A stretch of 64,000 nt of DNA from Octopus sinensis (taxonomy: Eukaryota). The DNA lies in the NCBI RefSeq assembly GCF_006345805.1, contig NC_043003.1, forward strand, positions 63,116,001 to 63,180,000. The letters run 5' to 3'. Numbering within the stretch: position 1 is the stretch's first letter; every line of letters starts with the position of its first letter. Of the stretch, positions 50,042 to 63,389 are shown piece after piece. The position numbers were made by a program, and so were the translations under genes. Under the pieces are notes generated by a model. The model worked only from the letters and a program-made list of their open reading frames with translations. It did no database searches and had not been told where the DNA came from.

Positions 50042-50427
50042 GGCGCAGGGGTGGCTGTGTGGTAAGTAGCTTGCTAACCAACCACATGGTTCTGGGTTCA
50101 GTCCCACTGCGTGGCATCTTGGGCAAGTGTCTTCTGCCAATGCCTTGTCAGTGGATTTGGTAGACGGAAACTGAAAGAAGCCTATTGTATATATGTATAT
50201 ATATATATATATGTGTGTGTTTGTGTGTCTGTGTTTATCCCCCTAGCATTGCTTGACAACCGATGCTGGTGTGTTCCCATCCCCGTCACTTAGCGGTTCG
50301 GCAAAAGAGACCGATAGAATAAGTACTGGGCTTACAAAGAATAACTCCCGGGTCGATTTGCTCGACTAAAGGCAGTGCTCCAGCATGGCCACAGTCAAAG
50401 GACTGAAACAAGTAAAAGAGTAAAAGA
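50042..50427 (+). mobile_element. SINE family A, near full length
   Basis: ggcgcaggggtggctgtgtggtaagtagcttgc head and conserved tail. Confidence 0.85.
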
Positions 50428-51164
50428 TTATATGTATATAATGGGCTTCTTTCAATTTCCTCCTCCCAATTTGACCTACAATGTTCAGGGTGGGAACCCC
50501 CCCCCCCCCATGTAAAGTATGTACTTGTGTTTATGTAATATTATAGGGTGGCAGCATTAATGTAGAATGCGACATCTGAGAATTGTTGATGTTGTATGAA
50601 ATGTGTGACAGTATCGGTTATTGATTTTGTATTGTCAGTTGTGTTGTTTTATTGGGTGATGATAATTTATTGTTTTGCCGTTTTAATTACAGTTGTGTCA
50701 TCCTTGACATTGCTCCTGTTGTTGTTGTTGTTGTTTAAGCTCAAGTAAGCTCCTACTGGGCTGAATTACAATCACAGGTATTCTACCTATGACAAATCTG
50801 TCTTTTAGTATATCCAGAGCATTGTCCAGTTTGTCCTTCCTTTCCTATAAAAGTAGAGAGAATTTGGCTGCTGTTTCTTGCAGGTTGAGCAACTCCATTA
50901 TTTCATTGTTGTAATTGATATGCTGTTGTTATTGATAGTGATGGTGGTGAAGGTGTTGGCGATGGTGGTGCTGACAGTGATAACAATGACGGAAATGAAG
51001 AAGATTTGTAGAAATAATTTACTCTTTTGCCCCTTCATTTGGGTCTATTGTTGTCTGTGTGTTCCTCTGTTATTCTGATTAGTGCTCTTATAATACAACA
51101 TCTCAAAAGTGCAGCCTAACACAAACACTCACACACACATACATACATAAACATGCATATGACA

Positions 51165-51206
<42 letters not shown>

Positions 51207-51404
51207 CAGACAGACAGACATACACACACACATATATATATATACATATTAAATTTAATATGTACTGCTCCATATCTTAGAGTATGAGTCTTCTCTCGGA
51301 TTTATATTTTTTACAGAGGATATATACATATATATACATATGTGTTTGTATACATATATATATACATATGTGTATGTATACATATATATATGCATATATA
51401 TATA

Positions 51405-51930
51405 TCATCATCATCATCATCCTCATTTAACGTCCGCTTTCCATGCTAGCATGGGTTGGACGGTTCAACTGGAGTCTGGGGAGCCCGTAAGGCTGCACCA
51501 GGCCAGTCAGATCTGGCAGTGTTTCTACAGCTGGATGCCCTTCCTAACGCCAACCACTCCGAGAGTGTAGTGGGTGATTTTATGTGCCACCGACACAGGT
51601 GCCAGACGAGGCTGGCGAACGGCCACGCTCGGATGGTGTTTTTTATGTGCCACCGACACAGGTGCCAGACGAGGCTGGCAGACGGCCACGCTCGGATGGT
51701 GTTTTTATGTGCCACCGACACAAGTGCCAGATGAGGCTGGCGAACGTCCACGATCGGATGGTGCTTGTTACGTGCCCACAGCACGGAGGCCAGTCGATGC
51801 GGTACTGGCTACGGCCACGTTCGGATGGTTTTCTTGTGTGCCACCGGCACTGGTACCACAAAGATACAAATTCCATTGATGTTCATCTATTTTGATTTGG
51901 TTTGATTTTCACTTGCCTCAACAGGTCTTC
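51405..51930 (-). mobile_element. RTE 3'UTR fragment
   Basis: Near-identical to 37600-38140 and 7516-8030. Confidence 0.88.
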
Positions 51931-51965
51931 AATGTATATTTATACACATGTGTATGTATACATAC

Positions 51966-51997
<32 letters not shown>

Positions 51998-52009
51998 GTA
52001 TATATATAT

Positions 52010-52185
52010 GTATATAGTTAATCCAAATAAGAAAGCACAAAAAACACAACAACGCGAGGACGTGGAACAAATATAGTATTATTGGAGGACAGAAGCTCTT
52101 CGTCGGAAACATAGGAGAAGGAAAGTCCAGAGAAGGGAAGACAGAGGAAAAAAAAATCCCCAACGGTACACACGCAGTCACATTT
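52010..52185 (-). mobile_element. Penelope-like terminal repeat fragment (hammerhead motif truncated)
   Basis: Similar to 20460-20660; minus strand tttCCGACGAagagct followed by an apparent deletion. Confidence 0.45.
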
Positions 52186-54295
52186 TGAATCAGATCTGTG
52201 GCTGGTGCAAAGTCCCCTTAAGACCCAAAATAACGTGGTGGTGGAACAATATTGTTGACAGGGCTATTAGACAAAAGAAACAGGCTTGGAAGGCCTGGAA
52301 GAACGGTGGTAGCAGGGAAGGGTATCAGACTGCCAGAAGGGAAGCTAGGAGACAGGTCTATCTAGCCAGAGGGGAAGCAGATAAGAGAAAATTTGCCAAT
52401 GTCCTGCGCCGTGAGGATGAAAGACTTGAGGTATTTCGTGTTGCAAGACAGTGTGTGAGAGAGAATCGTGATGTGGTAGGAGAGAAATGTGTTCGCATGG
52501 AGGATGGTTCACTTGCGCTAAATGAGGATGCAAAGAGAGAAGCTTGGAGACGCCACTATGAAAGGTTACTGAATGAGGAAAATGAATGGGATAAAGAGAG
52601 TCTGCCGAATGTTGACCCTACAGAGGGACCAGCTATCCGAGTTGATAGTTCCGTGGTAGCTAAGGCAATTAGAAGCATGAAGACAGGGAAAGCCCCAGGC
52701 CCATCAGGAATTATTGCAGAGATGCTCAAAATATCTGGCAGTGTCGGCTATAACCTAGTCACCCGTATAGTCAACCAGGTGATACAAGAAGGAGTCATAC
52801 CCAATGACTGGTGCAGCAGCATACTAGTCAACTGCTACAAAGGTAAAGGTGATGCCCTAGATACAAATAATTACAGAGGTATCAAGCTGTTGGATCAAGT
52901 AATGAAGGTTACGGAGAGGGTCATAGCCCAACTAATTAGAGAGAGAGTTATTTTAGATGAGATGCAGTTTGGGTTCGTGCCAGGGAAAAGTACCACTGAT
53001 GCTATATTCCTGGTAAGGCAGCTGCAGGAGAAATACCTAGCCAAAGATAAGCCCCTGTACCTGGCTTTCGTTGACATGGAGAAAGCTTTTGATAGGGTCC
53101 CCCGATCCCTTATCTGGTGGTCAATGAGGAAACTAGGGATAGATGAATGGCTGGTGAGGACTGTGCAAGCCATGTACAGAGATGCCGTAAGTAAGGTTAG
53201 GGTTGGCAACATGTACACAGAAGAATTCAAAGTAGAGGTTGGGGTCCACCAGGGTTCAGTACTCAGCCCCCTCCTATTTATCATAGTACTCCAGGCAATT
53301 ACGGAGGAATTCAAGACAGGCTGTCCCTGGAGCTCCTCTACGCTGACGACCTTGCTCTTATTGCTGAGTCACTATCAGAACTGGAGGAGAAGTTCCAGGT
53401 GTGGAAGGAGGGTTTAGAATCAAGAGGCCTTAGAGTCAACCTAGCTAAAACCAAAGTACTATAAGTAGAAAGGTAGACAATCCACAAATATCTTCAGGAA
53501 GATGGCCCTGCTCGATCTGTAGAAAAGGTGTAGGTAGAAACTCTATAAGATGTACCCAGTGTAAGCTATGGACACATAAGAGGTGCAGCAATGTCAAAGG
53601 TAGGCTAACTGGGAAGATAGTTTTTGTATGTGGCAGATGCTCGGGAGCATTAACCTCCGAAAATCTGCAGAAAACAACTTCTGTCACTTTCCAGGGGGAA
53701 AAACTAGAAGTAGTTGATAGCTTTCGTTATCTAGGTGACCAAGTCAGTAGTGGGGGTGGGTGCGCTGAAAGTGTAACTGCTATAATAAGAATAGCCTGGG
53801 CAAAGTTTAGGGAGCTCTTACCTCTGCTGGTGACTAAAGGCCTCTCGCTCAGAGTAAAAGGCAGACTGTATGATGCGTGTGTACGAACAGCCATGCTACA
53901 TGGCAGCGAAACATGGGCCGTGACTGCTGAGGACATGCGTAAGCTCGTGAGGAATGAAGCCAGTATGCTCCGATGGATGTGTAATGTCAGTGTACATACT
54001 CGACAGAGCGTTAGCCCTTGAGAGAAATGTTGTACCTAAGAAGCATCAGTTGTGGTGTGCAAGAGAGACGATTGCGCTGGTATGGTCATGTGGCGAGAAT
54101 GGATGAAGATAGGTGTGTGAGAAAGTGCCAATCCCTAGCAGTGATGAGGGAACCCATGGAAGAGGTAGACCCAGGAAAACCTGGGACGAGGTGGTGAAGC
54201 ACGACCTTCGAACTTTAGGCCTCACTGAGGAAATGACCAGAGACCGAGACCTTTGGAAATATTCTGTACGTGAGAAGACCAGGCAGGACAAGTGA
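52185..54295 (+). pseudogene. RTE reverse transcriptase, frameshifted just before YADD
   Basis: 410-aa ORF has KAPGPSG, NYRGIKLL, QFGFVPGKSTTDAIF, AFVDMEKAFDRV, GVHQGSVLSPLLF. ccctggagctcctctacgctgacgac lacks one G relative to PWELLYADD in the 9300 copy; further frameshifts downstream. Confidence 0.93.
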
Positions 54296-55092
54296 GCCCA
54301 GCCCACTTATGAATGCCTTTCCTCCCTTGGACACAAAGACCGGTTGAGGCAAGCGAAGTCGATATAGAACCTCATCCGACGACAGACACCCATGCCAACC
54401 CCCCATGCTTGCGAAGACATGTTGGGGCAAGCGAAATCGAAATCGAAACCGAATTGAATCAGCCAGGATCCCTGGCCTGGTGGTACGTAAAAAGCACTAT
54501 CCGACTCGTGGCCGTGGCACGTAAAATACTCCAATGCGACCGTACGACAGGCACCCATGCCAACACCCTTTGCTTGTGAAGACATGTTGGGGCAAGCGAA
54601 ATCGAAATCGAATTGAACCAGCCAGGATCCCTGGTCTGGTGGTACGTAAAAAGCACTATCCGACTCGTGGCCGTGGCACGTAAAATACTCCAATGCGACC
54701 GTACGACAGGCACCCATGCCAACCCCCTTTGCTTGTGAAGACATGTTGCGGCAAGCAAAATCGAAATCGAATTGAACCAGCCAGGATCTCTGGTCTGGTG
54801 GTACGTAAAAAGCACTATCCGACTCGTGGCCGATGCCAGCACTGCCTCGACTGGCTTCCGTGCCGGTGGCACATAAAATACACCAATCTGACCGTGGCCG
54901 TTGCCAGCCCCGCCTGGCACCTGTGCAGGTGGCACGTAAAAAGCACCCACTACACTCACGGAGTGGTTGGCGTTAGGAAGGGCATCCAGCTGTAGAAACA
55001 TTGCCAGATTAGACTGGAGCCTGGTGCAGCCTTCTGGCTTCCCAGAACCCCGGTCGAACCGTCCAACCCATGCTAGCATGGAGAACGGACGT
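52191..55092 (+). mobile_element. RTE-clade LINE, ~2.9 kb 5'-truncated copy
   Basis: Homologous to 7516-10884 in the opposite orientation; stop at 54293-54295; 3'UTR with 159-165-bp tandem units; (GAT)n tail. Confidence 0.95.
54381..54830. repeat. 159-165-bp tandem repeat (about 2.8 units) in RTE 3'UTR
   Basis: gacag.cacccatgccaac units at 54381, 54546 and 54705. Confidence 0.9.
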
Positions 55093-55171
55093 TAAACGAC
55101 GATGATGATGATGAATTATATATAATATATATATATATATATGTATATATGTGTGTGTGTGTGTGTGTGTG

Positions 55172-55440
55172 TGAAGGTGCCTGGTTTAGTGATTAAGGTG
55201 TTGCACTCACAATTGCAAGATTGTGGGTTTGACACCTAGACTGGGCGCTGTGGTGTGTTCTTGAGCAAAGCACTTCATCTTCATGTTGCTCTGCGATCAT
55301 TTCGACATCTGACATGTGGCACCCATACAGGTAATGTCAATCTGATGGAGGGAATAAGCTTATGTCTACAGAAACATTTGATCACTATAAATAAATTGTT
55401 TGGTAAGAAATTGTCAAACCCTCGTACATTGTCTAATGAC
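55172..55440 (+). mobile_element. SINE family C variant
   Basis: tggtttagtgattaaggtgttgcactcac...gggtttgacacc...gtgttcttgagcaaagcacttc. Confidence 0.65.
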
Positions 55441-55459
55441 AGGAGAATCCATCACTATA

Positions 55460-55461
55460 TA

Positions 55462-55511
<50 letters not shown>

Positions 55512-55512
55512 C

Positions 55513-55545
<33 letters not shown>

Positions 55546-55556
55546 CATATATATAC

Positions 55557-55594
<38 letters not shown>

Positions 55595-55752
55595 ATACAT
55601 ACATATATATATACATACATATATATATATACACACACACACATATACACATATGTAACATAGGGTATAATTATAAACAGGGCAAATTTGAGCTATATAT
55701 ATATATATATCTATATGTATATATATATATAAGTATATAGCTGATGATGAGC

Positions 55753-55848
<96 letters not shown>

Positions 55849-55870
55849 TGTACATGTATACATATATTTA
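55460..55870. repeat. Compound (TG)/(TA)/(TACA)/(GATA) microsatellite
   Basis: Direct reading; one of dozens of such tracts in the window. Confidence 0.95.
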
Positions 55871-56145
55871 TGTATGTATGTAAAGCAGAGATAAACCTCC
55901 ATGTCAATATGTTACTGGTCATTGAGTGCTTTTTCAGATTGTTGTTGTTATTGTGTTGAAATATTTGACAATGAGGGAAGAAAATAACATTGGTTTTCCT
56001 TTAATTAATAATCTTTTCTTGATTCTGGTGTTATTATTTCATACTTGACACATTACAGAAAACTCCCAATGCTGTCATTGTGGTTTATTATATTAATCAA
56101 AAGAGGAGTTTTTTTGTAGCTGAAAAGCAATGTGTTTTTCAACAG

Positions 56146-56201
56146 AGTATTTTTCTGATATGGCAGTTAATGCACAAAGAAATGCGAATAAATTGAACAC
56201 G
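56146..56201 (+). CDS. Candidate 56-nt coding exon, product unknown
   Basis: Acceptor gtgtttttcaacag, donor ACG|gtatgt; open frame YFSDMAVNAQRNANKLNT with gatATGG context; lies in a repeat-free AT-rich block. Confidence 0.3.
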
Positions 56202-57185
56202 GTATGTATTAAGAGCTTGTTGTTTTTTGTTGTTTAAAGTGGATTTCTTGAATTGAAAATATACTTGTTACGACTGTATTGTTATTGTTGTTATGTAACA
56301 CTACAAAGAAATAAATATGCAGCGTAAAATGAAGAACTCATTCACTTTGTGTTTTTTTTTTTGTCAATTAGATTCTTTGTTAAAGGACAAAATATAAACA
56401 TATCGGAAATAAGACCTACCAACTTCCTTCTAAAATATCTAAAACATACGTGGATCAATAAATATTTATTTATTTTTATTAAATGGAAATATGAATGGTT
56501 ATTTATTGTTGTATCTTAAGCATTATTCCTCCCTATAGAAATTCACATATAGACTAAGTGCAATCAAAGCAAACCTCTCAAGGTTATATTGATGGAAATA
56601 TAATTAAATGACTTCTCAATTGATAAAGAACAACTACACTAAAATTCTTAAGTTTGTACATTATTCAAATAATTAGAATATAAATTAGGTGTTCAGCAGA
56701 GATTTTCTTTGCAAACAGAAGAAATATACAATTGATTTTAGTTAAGTTACGCTTATAACAACGAAATATTTGACACCATCTAACATGTATTGATGTATAT
56801 TAAATATCAAGCTTTTCTGATTACTAGATAATATTCTAATAATATAACACTTATTTCCTGTTTATTTGATGATATATTTTATTGGTGCACAGTTTTGAAC
56901 ATCAAACATACACTAATCATACAATGGCAAATCAATACATTTCTTTATAATTAGAGCCTCACCAACCCAAATCTTTCTGATATTTGAACATAAGTCTACA
57001 TTGTAGTAGTTGCTTCCCCCTTGTGTACCAAATTCCATAAATTACAGTCCAACCTTGACCTTCCCACTACAAAACATTTGCTATTCTATTCTTCTCTGTG
57101 ATACAAATCTCTCCACCTCTGTCAATAACCTACAATGATGTCCAGTCTATATTTTATATTTTACTTTCCTTAAGAAGTACCTTGT

Positions 57186-57500
57186 GGAGGCACATGGCCT
57201 AGTGAATGGAACAGCGAACTCATTGGTCGAGGGATTGTGGGTTCGAATCTCAGACCAGGTGATGCGTGTGTTTATGAGTGAAATGCCTAAGCTCTCTGTG
57301 GCTCCAGCAGAAGGTAATGGCGAACTTCTGCTGACTCTTTCGCCACAACTTTCTCTCACTCTTTCCTCCTGCATCTTGCAGCTCACGTGCGATGGACCGA
57401 TGTCCCATCCAGTGGGGGAACCTGTATGCCAATGAAACCAGGACACAAGCCCTTATGAGCCAGGCATGGCTTGAGAAGGAACAAACAGTAAGAACAAGAA
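57186..57500 (+). mobile_element. tRNA-headed SINE family D (single copy in window)
   Basis: ggaggcacatggcctagtg (A box) ... gggttcgaatctc (B box); body unlike families A-C; tail gagaaggaacaaac. Confidence 0.65.
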
Positions 57501-59473
57501 GTACCTTATCTTCTATCTTTTACTTGTTTCAATCATGCTTTGGTCATGCTGGGGCACTGCCTCAAAGGGCTAAGCAAATTGGCCCCAGGACTTATTTTTT
57601 AAGTCCAGTCCTTATTTTGTTGGTCTCTTTTGTTGAGCTGCTATGTCACAAAGTTGTAGATAAGCCAATACTGGTTGTCAAGAAGCGTGGAGTACAAGCA
57701 CAGACACAAACACACAAAGATACATTCACACACACACAAAGACACACAAACACAAAGATACACACACACACACAGACACACATGCACATACACAAAGGCA
57801 TACACACACAAACATAGAGACACACACACAGACACACACTCACAACCACATACACACAATGATGGGCTTTCACACAGTTTCCATCTACCAAATCCATGCA
57901 CAAGCAAAAGGTTATCCTGGGCTATAGTGGAAGACAGATGCCCAAGGTGCTTGTACTGGAACTAAACACAAATCGATGGGGTTGGGTGCAAAGCAAGTTT
58001 CTTAACTCCACAGCAATGCCTGTGTCTATGCTTACCATTCTTTCAATCCTTTCCATTCTCAGCAGTTATTGTTTAGCTCAGCTTAGCCCACAATCAATTG
58101 ATCTACATCAATCCCAACCTGTCATTTATTATCAGATATGTCCTTCCTTATTTAAGAAGGTAGTATGTGATTTAAGAGATATTTGGCTGCTCTTTCTAGA
58201 TGGTGGAATGATTACATAAAGGTTCCTTCTTATTATTTTAGATGAAAGCCTCTCCTTTCCATCAGTTATTTCAACCCTTTTTCAAACTCTTATAACCACC
58301 AGTAATTGTTGAACTATCTCACATCATACATTGAGAACATATATATCACCCACCAACTCTCTCTCTGTGTTTATCTTCGTCTGTCTGTTTGTCAGTCCCC
58401 AGCTCTCTCTGAGGTCATCATACTCAGTGACTTTGATACCTGCATCTATATTTGTCACCTGTATACTTCCTGCACTGGAATCAATAGAGCAGAAGCTGAA
58501 ATATTAACAATTTCTAAGCACTTTGTCCCAGTTCATATCTTCACCTACTCTCATCCATATCCATAACTGACACAATGCTTCTTAAATGACCTTGTCTCTT
58601 TCTCATTTCTAAACCAAGATTTTAATAAGACATCCATATCTCTCAACCCGGAGATCATCCAACCAAAACCTAAACAAAGCAATCCATTTAACATACCACA
58701 CACGCCTTTGTACCTTGAAATCGACTAACCCTGGCAGTATGTGTATTTCATCCTAGATTGTTCTTGTGAGTGAAAGCCTATTCTAAGCATGTCCTTTCGT
58801 GTCCCTCACATTCAAAGAACACAGTCTATTACGCTTGAATGATATTACACGATGTCACCTACTGCATTGTGGAGGTATTTCATTGAGTGTTTGAAAAAAG
58901 GCTAAGGGTGTAAACCCGACAGAAAATATGGAAGGAGGGGCCATAGGGTAGATATGCACAGTTATACACAAACAATATATGGTATCACCTGTGGTTTCAT
59001 GGATGCTACGAATGCATTGACTCATCACTCCTTTGTGGCATATTCATGAGTGAAAAGGTGGGGAGCATATTTGTGGCTTGGCCTTTGCTCCTGGAAAGAG
59101 TCCATGCACAGCAGAAGTCACCGTCTCTGCAATATCATCAACCGTAATGTAAAAAGAAAAACATCACCAATCAACTTTCATGACTCTTAAATTACTATCT
59201 GACCATGTGCCATCAATAATGACAGCTAATTGTAGTATTTTATACATAAATAAGGTATATAATAATCACACATACAAACATTCACATATACTCACACAGA
59301 GTTGAAACGCTGATTTTCTATCCACCCCTTCCTTCCTTATTCATCTATCACCCCTTCCTTTCTCTCATTGCTATTACTTTCTCTCACTACTTCTCAGTCA
59401 GGGTTATTACTCTCACTACTTCTCCTTCACTGAATTACTATTTTCTCTCCTCCTCCATGTCTGGCGTGATTCT

Positions 59474-59510
<37 letters not shown>

Positions 59511-60867
59511 AATATATAAAAACACTGCATTCATTATTATATTCGGAGATTACTAAGCTCCTAGATATAGTTTAATATGACACATTAGTTCTTCAGTGCC
59601 TTTATCAGAACCTGAATGTTAGCAGCAGAGTGGGTCCAGTTAAAGGTATCCAAAAACCAGATTAAGGAATTAAAGAAAGTCCCTGAAAAAATATCATGGG
59701 GTATCCTTGGTCATCTGACTAAACTATTAAAAGTTCTGGTATTTCTCAGAGCTGGTTCTTGCTTGGCTTTCTTTCTGCACATTAACAAGTCTCTCACAAA
59801 CTTCCTCTGTATAACTGACATTATCTTTCTGTCATAAATATCCTTTCAACATGTAAGCAAGACATCTCATACATTCATGTACTATTTCTATCAACAGGTA
59901 AGTTGAAAACAATTTTCAATGAAGATATGAAAACCTTATCTTTTTTAATAACACAAATATACACTCTGACTACACAAAAGAACTTCACAGTTTTATGCTA
60001 CAAACTTGACATCGTTTATTCCTCCCAATCTCTGATGTTCTTTCATAGTAACAAGTTATTTATAATGTATCTAGAACTGCATTCCAAATGCTAGGTTTCC
60101 CTCTTCAGAGACAAACTACAAAAGATTTAAGCAGTTACTGAACCTAATCAAAGCACAGCTGCATCCCACATTAACAGAACTGCTTACATGTCAGGGATAC
60201 TGATACTCTTAAACACATGCAAAATACAAATCGTCTGACCTTCACTCACTAAAAGCTATGACTGCCAGTCTTCCCTCTCTTTCTCTTCTATCATTTGTCT
60301 GAGACAAGCTAATAAAATTAAACTGTTGGTGCTGCTCAGTGACCTTAGACTAACTAATAAAAATGTCAGTCTACAGATCTCAACTCATATATATGTGTGT
60401 GTGTATGTGTGTGTTTGTGTGTGTGCGTGCACGTGTGTGTGTGTGTGCATGTATGTGTGTGTGTAATTATGTGTGAGTGTGTATCTGATTGTATGCGTGC
60501 ATGTGTGATTGTGTGTGAGTGTATGTGTGTGTGATTGTGTGTGTGTGTATGAGCATGTGCATGTGTGTGCTTGTCTTATAGAAGTTAACTGGCTATAATG
60601 TCAATATACATTAAATTCATTTTGCTAGAATATTTTTTGAAGAATTTGGTATTATTGACTTCATCTATCGGATTACTATTTTCTATGAAAGATTTTGATA
60701 AGTTTAATTCACTGTCTGTCTTTATGTGACCATTCTAACATGATATCTATCTGTACAATATTTACATAGACACAGACATGACAGAAGTAAATAGACACCG
60801 CATGAAACATTGTTTTATGTTTTTTATAACTTATAAAGGTTTATATTTTTTATTAATTAACATTTTG

Positions 60868-62104
60868 AAGCTTAAGGTTCTAAAAGAAGCCTTGGAACTG
60901 TCTGAATTTCAAAGAGACTGTATTGTGGGTCAGTCTGAAGGTGGACATAGCATAAAATTGCAGAAAACCTTGGGATCCCACTTTCTAAAGTTAACAGAGT
61001 GATTGTGATTGTGCAATTCACCAGAGAGGTGAAGGAGTCCTCAACACCTTGCTCAGGTTTACCAGGGTTCTCTGACAGGACCCACCTCTTTGTTAAGAGA
61101 AGTGTGGAGGATAATCCTCATTGCAATACCGCTGACATAGTAGGACAAGTTGGTGTCAGTCCCAGAACAGCTGTCAGGTATCTGCATTAATTTGGGTTAC
61201 TATGACAGAATAGCAAGAAAGAAGCCACTTCTTTGGCCAGCCAATGTCAAGTGGAGAAAAGATTGGACCAGTGAGACAGTGGAGAGGCCACTAACATTTT
61301 GGGACACTGACATTCTCCAATGGGTCCAGATTTGCTGTATTTCCTGACAGTGATCAAGTGTGGGTCTGAAGATTCTGTGATCAAGAATTTGATGTGAAAA
61401 GATTGCAACCGACAATGAAATACTGCAGCTATTCTGTGGTGGTCTGGGAAGCAATTTGGAATATAGTCAGAGCTGGTGGAGTGTGAGGGAAACATAAGCT
61501 CAAATGAATGTGCCTATATTGCAGAAAGGACTCTTTCCAATCTTCTCCAATGGTGAAATGATTAAAGAAGTCTCTTTATTTATGGAAGATGGAGTTCTTT
61601 GTCACACAGCTAAAATGACCCGAGATTTTTGGATGAGAATGGCATTAAAAAGCTTGCATGGCCAAGCTGGTCACCAGATATGAACCCTAATGAACACCTC
61701 TGGGACATAATGGACAGGACACTTCATAAAAAGAACAAGAAAGCATCTTCAAAGCCAAATCTTTTAAGATTACTGCATGAAACTTAGCTAGAAATTCCCC
61801 AAGAGAATATGATCAGTAAACATGCTTAACCCTTTCATTACCAACCCGGCTGAAACCGGCTCTAGCCCTTTAGTACAAATGTCTTGTTTTCATAAGTTTT
61901 GAATTAAAATTTTCCACCAAACCTTAGTCACAATTTATGTTCCTAACGTTAGCTTAATGATAACTAAGTTATTTTACTAAATTCTTTGTTATATTTAAAG
62001 TAATTGAAAGAAACACAGAGCATCTCAAAATAAATACAGTAACAAAAAGGGTTAATAGGGACCTTGCATTGATAAATGCAAAGGGCATGTCTACTAAATA
62101 TTAA
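60868..62104 (+). pseudogene. Tc1 transposase pseudogene
   Basis: ELSEFQRDCIVG...[10 protein letters not shown]...[22 protein letters not shown]...FMEDGVLCHTAK...WPSWSPDMNPNEHLWD...MLNRDLALINAKGMSTKY*. Confidence 0.9.
61830..62051. mobile_element. piggyBac-type MITE (TTAA TSD) inserted in Tc1 C-terminus
   Basis: TTAA|ccctttcattac ... gtaacaaaaaggg|TTAA (TSD at 61826-61829 and 62052-62055). Confidence 0.85.
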
Positions 62105-62182
62105 ATATTCACATTATAACAATTAAGAAAAATTTGAATGTATAATTTTAGATTATAAGGGTGTCTATTTACTATAAATATA

Positions 62183-62234
<52 letters not shown>

Positions 62235-62244
62235 GGGGGAGAAT

Positions 62245-62430
62245 TCACAAAAAAACAAAAGAAAAAGACAGGTGGTGTAGACAACAAACAGATGTATTAG
62301 TATAACGCTCAGGAAATGAAAGAGTCTTTAATGTTTTAAGCCTACGCTCTTCCACAGAAAGAAACAAGGAGAGAAAATAAAGAAGGAGAGAAAATAAAGA
62401 ATGTGTAGTGGCTAGCAATCTATCATGGCA
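62245..62430 (-). mobile_element. Penelope-like terminal repeat fragment with decayed hammerhead motif
   Basis: Minus strand tctttCTGTGGAaGAGCgtagGCTTaaaacattaaagac; homologous to 2467-2665. Confidence 0.5.
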
Positions 62431-62585
62431 ATGCATACATATACATGCATACATATATATATTTAACATGTCTTTCATGCTATCATGGGTTAGATAGTAT
62501 GATAGCAGTTGGCTAGCCATAGATCTGTACTGAGCTTTCGCATGATTCATATAGCTGTGTGTGTGTTGATGCACATGTATGTATT

Positions 62586-62800
62586 CTTTCTTTTACTTGC
62601 TTCACCTATTTGACTGTGGCCATGCTGGAGCACCGCTTTAAAGGATTTTAGTTGAAGAAATCGGCCCTAGGACTTATTCTTTGTTAGCCTAGTACTTATT
62701 CTATCGGTCTCTTTAGCCAAACAGCTAAGTTACGGGGACGTAAACACTCTAGCATCAGTTGTCAAGCGATGGTGGCGGGTAGAAAAAGAGACACACACAT

Positions 62801-62851
<51 letters not shown>

Positions 62852-63008
62852 ACAGGATTCTTTCAGTTTCCATCTGCCAAATCCACCAACAATACTTTGG
62901 TCGGCCTGAGGCTATAGTAGAAGTCACTTGCCCAGGTGCCATACAGTGAGACTGAACCCAGAACCATGTGGTTCAGAAACAAGCTTATTACAACACAGCC
63001 ATGCCTGC
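62586..63008 (-). mobile_element. SINE family A, full length
   Basis: Reverse complement matches 6598-6973. Confidence 0.8.
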
Positions 63009-63298
63009 AGCTATATATCTTAATATATAAAATCCATTCTGTCTGTTTGTGTGCTTATAACTTGAGTCTTCTACTATAGCCTTGGACTGACCAAAGTCCT
63101 GTGAGTCGGTCTAGTTGACAGAAACTGAAAGAAGATTGTTGTATGTATGTATATATATCATCATCATCATCATCAACATCATTTAACATTCGTTGTCCAT
63201 GCTGGTATGGGCTGGATGGTTTGACCAGGGCTGACAAGCTGAAAGGCTGCACCAGACTCCAGTTTGGCATGGTTACTATGACTGGATGCCCTTCCTAA

Positions 63299-63389
<91 letters not shown>

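Larger units (their letters stand above)
60775..62185 (+). mobile_element. Full-length decayed Tc1 (DD34E) transposon
   Basis: Inverted agtaaatagacacc (60786-60799) / ggtgtctatttact (60 nt downstream of the stop, 62160-62173). Confidence 0.85.

Noticed and set aside
52185-53417. 410-aa RT ORF as an active or novel reverse transcriptase system
   Set aside because: Ordinary RTE RT: 5'-truncated, starts on a non-ATG codon and frameshifts just before YADD.
58306-58566. EVIILSDFD as a LINE endonuclease motif (IILGDFN)
   Set aside because: A single short motif; the flanking APE motifs could not be found.
59880-59905. Perfect CAG|GTAAGT donor
   Set aside because: No good upstream acceptor with an open frame; such hexamers are expected by chance in 64 kb.
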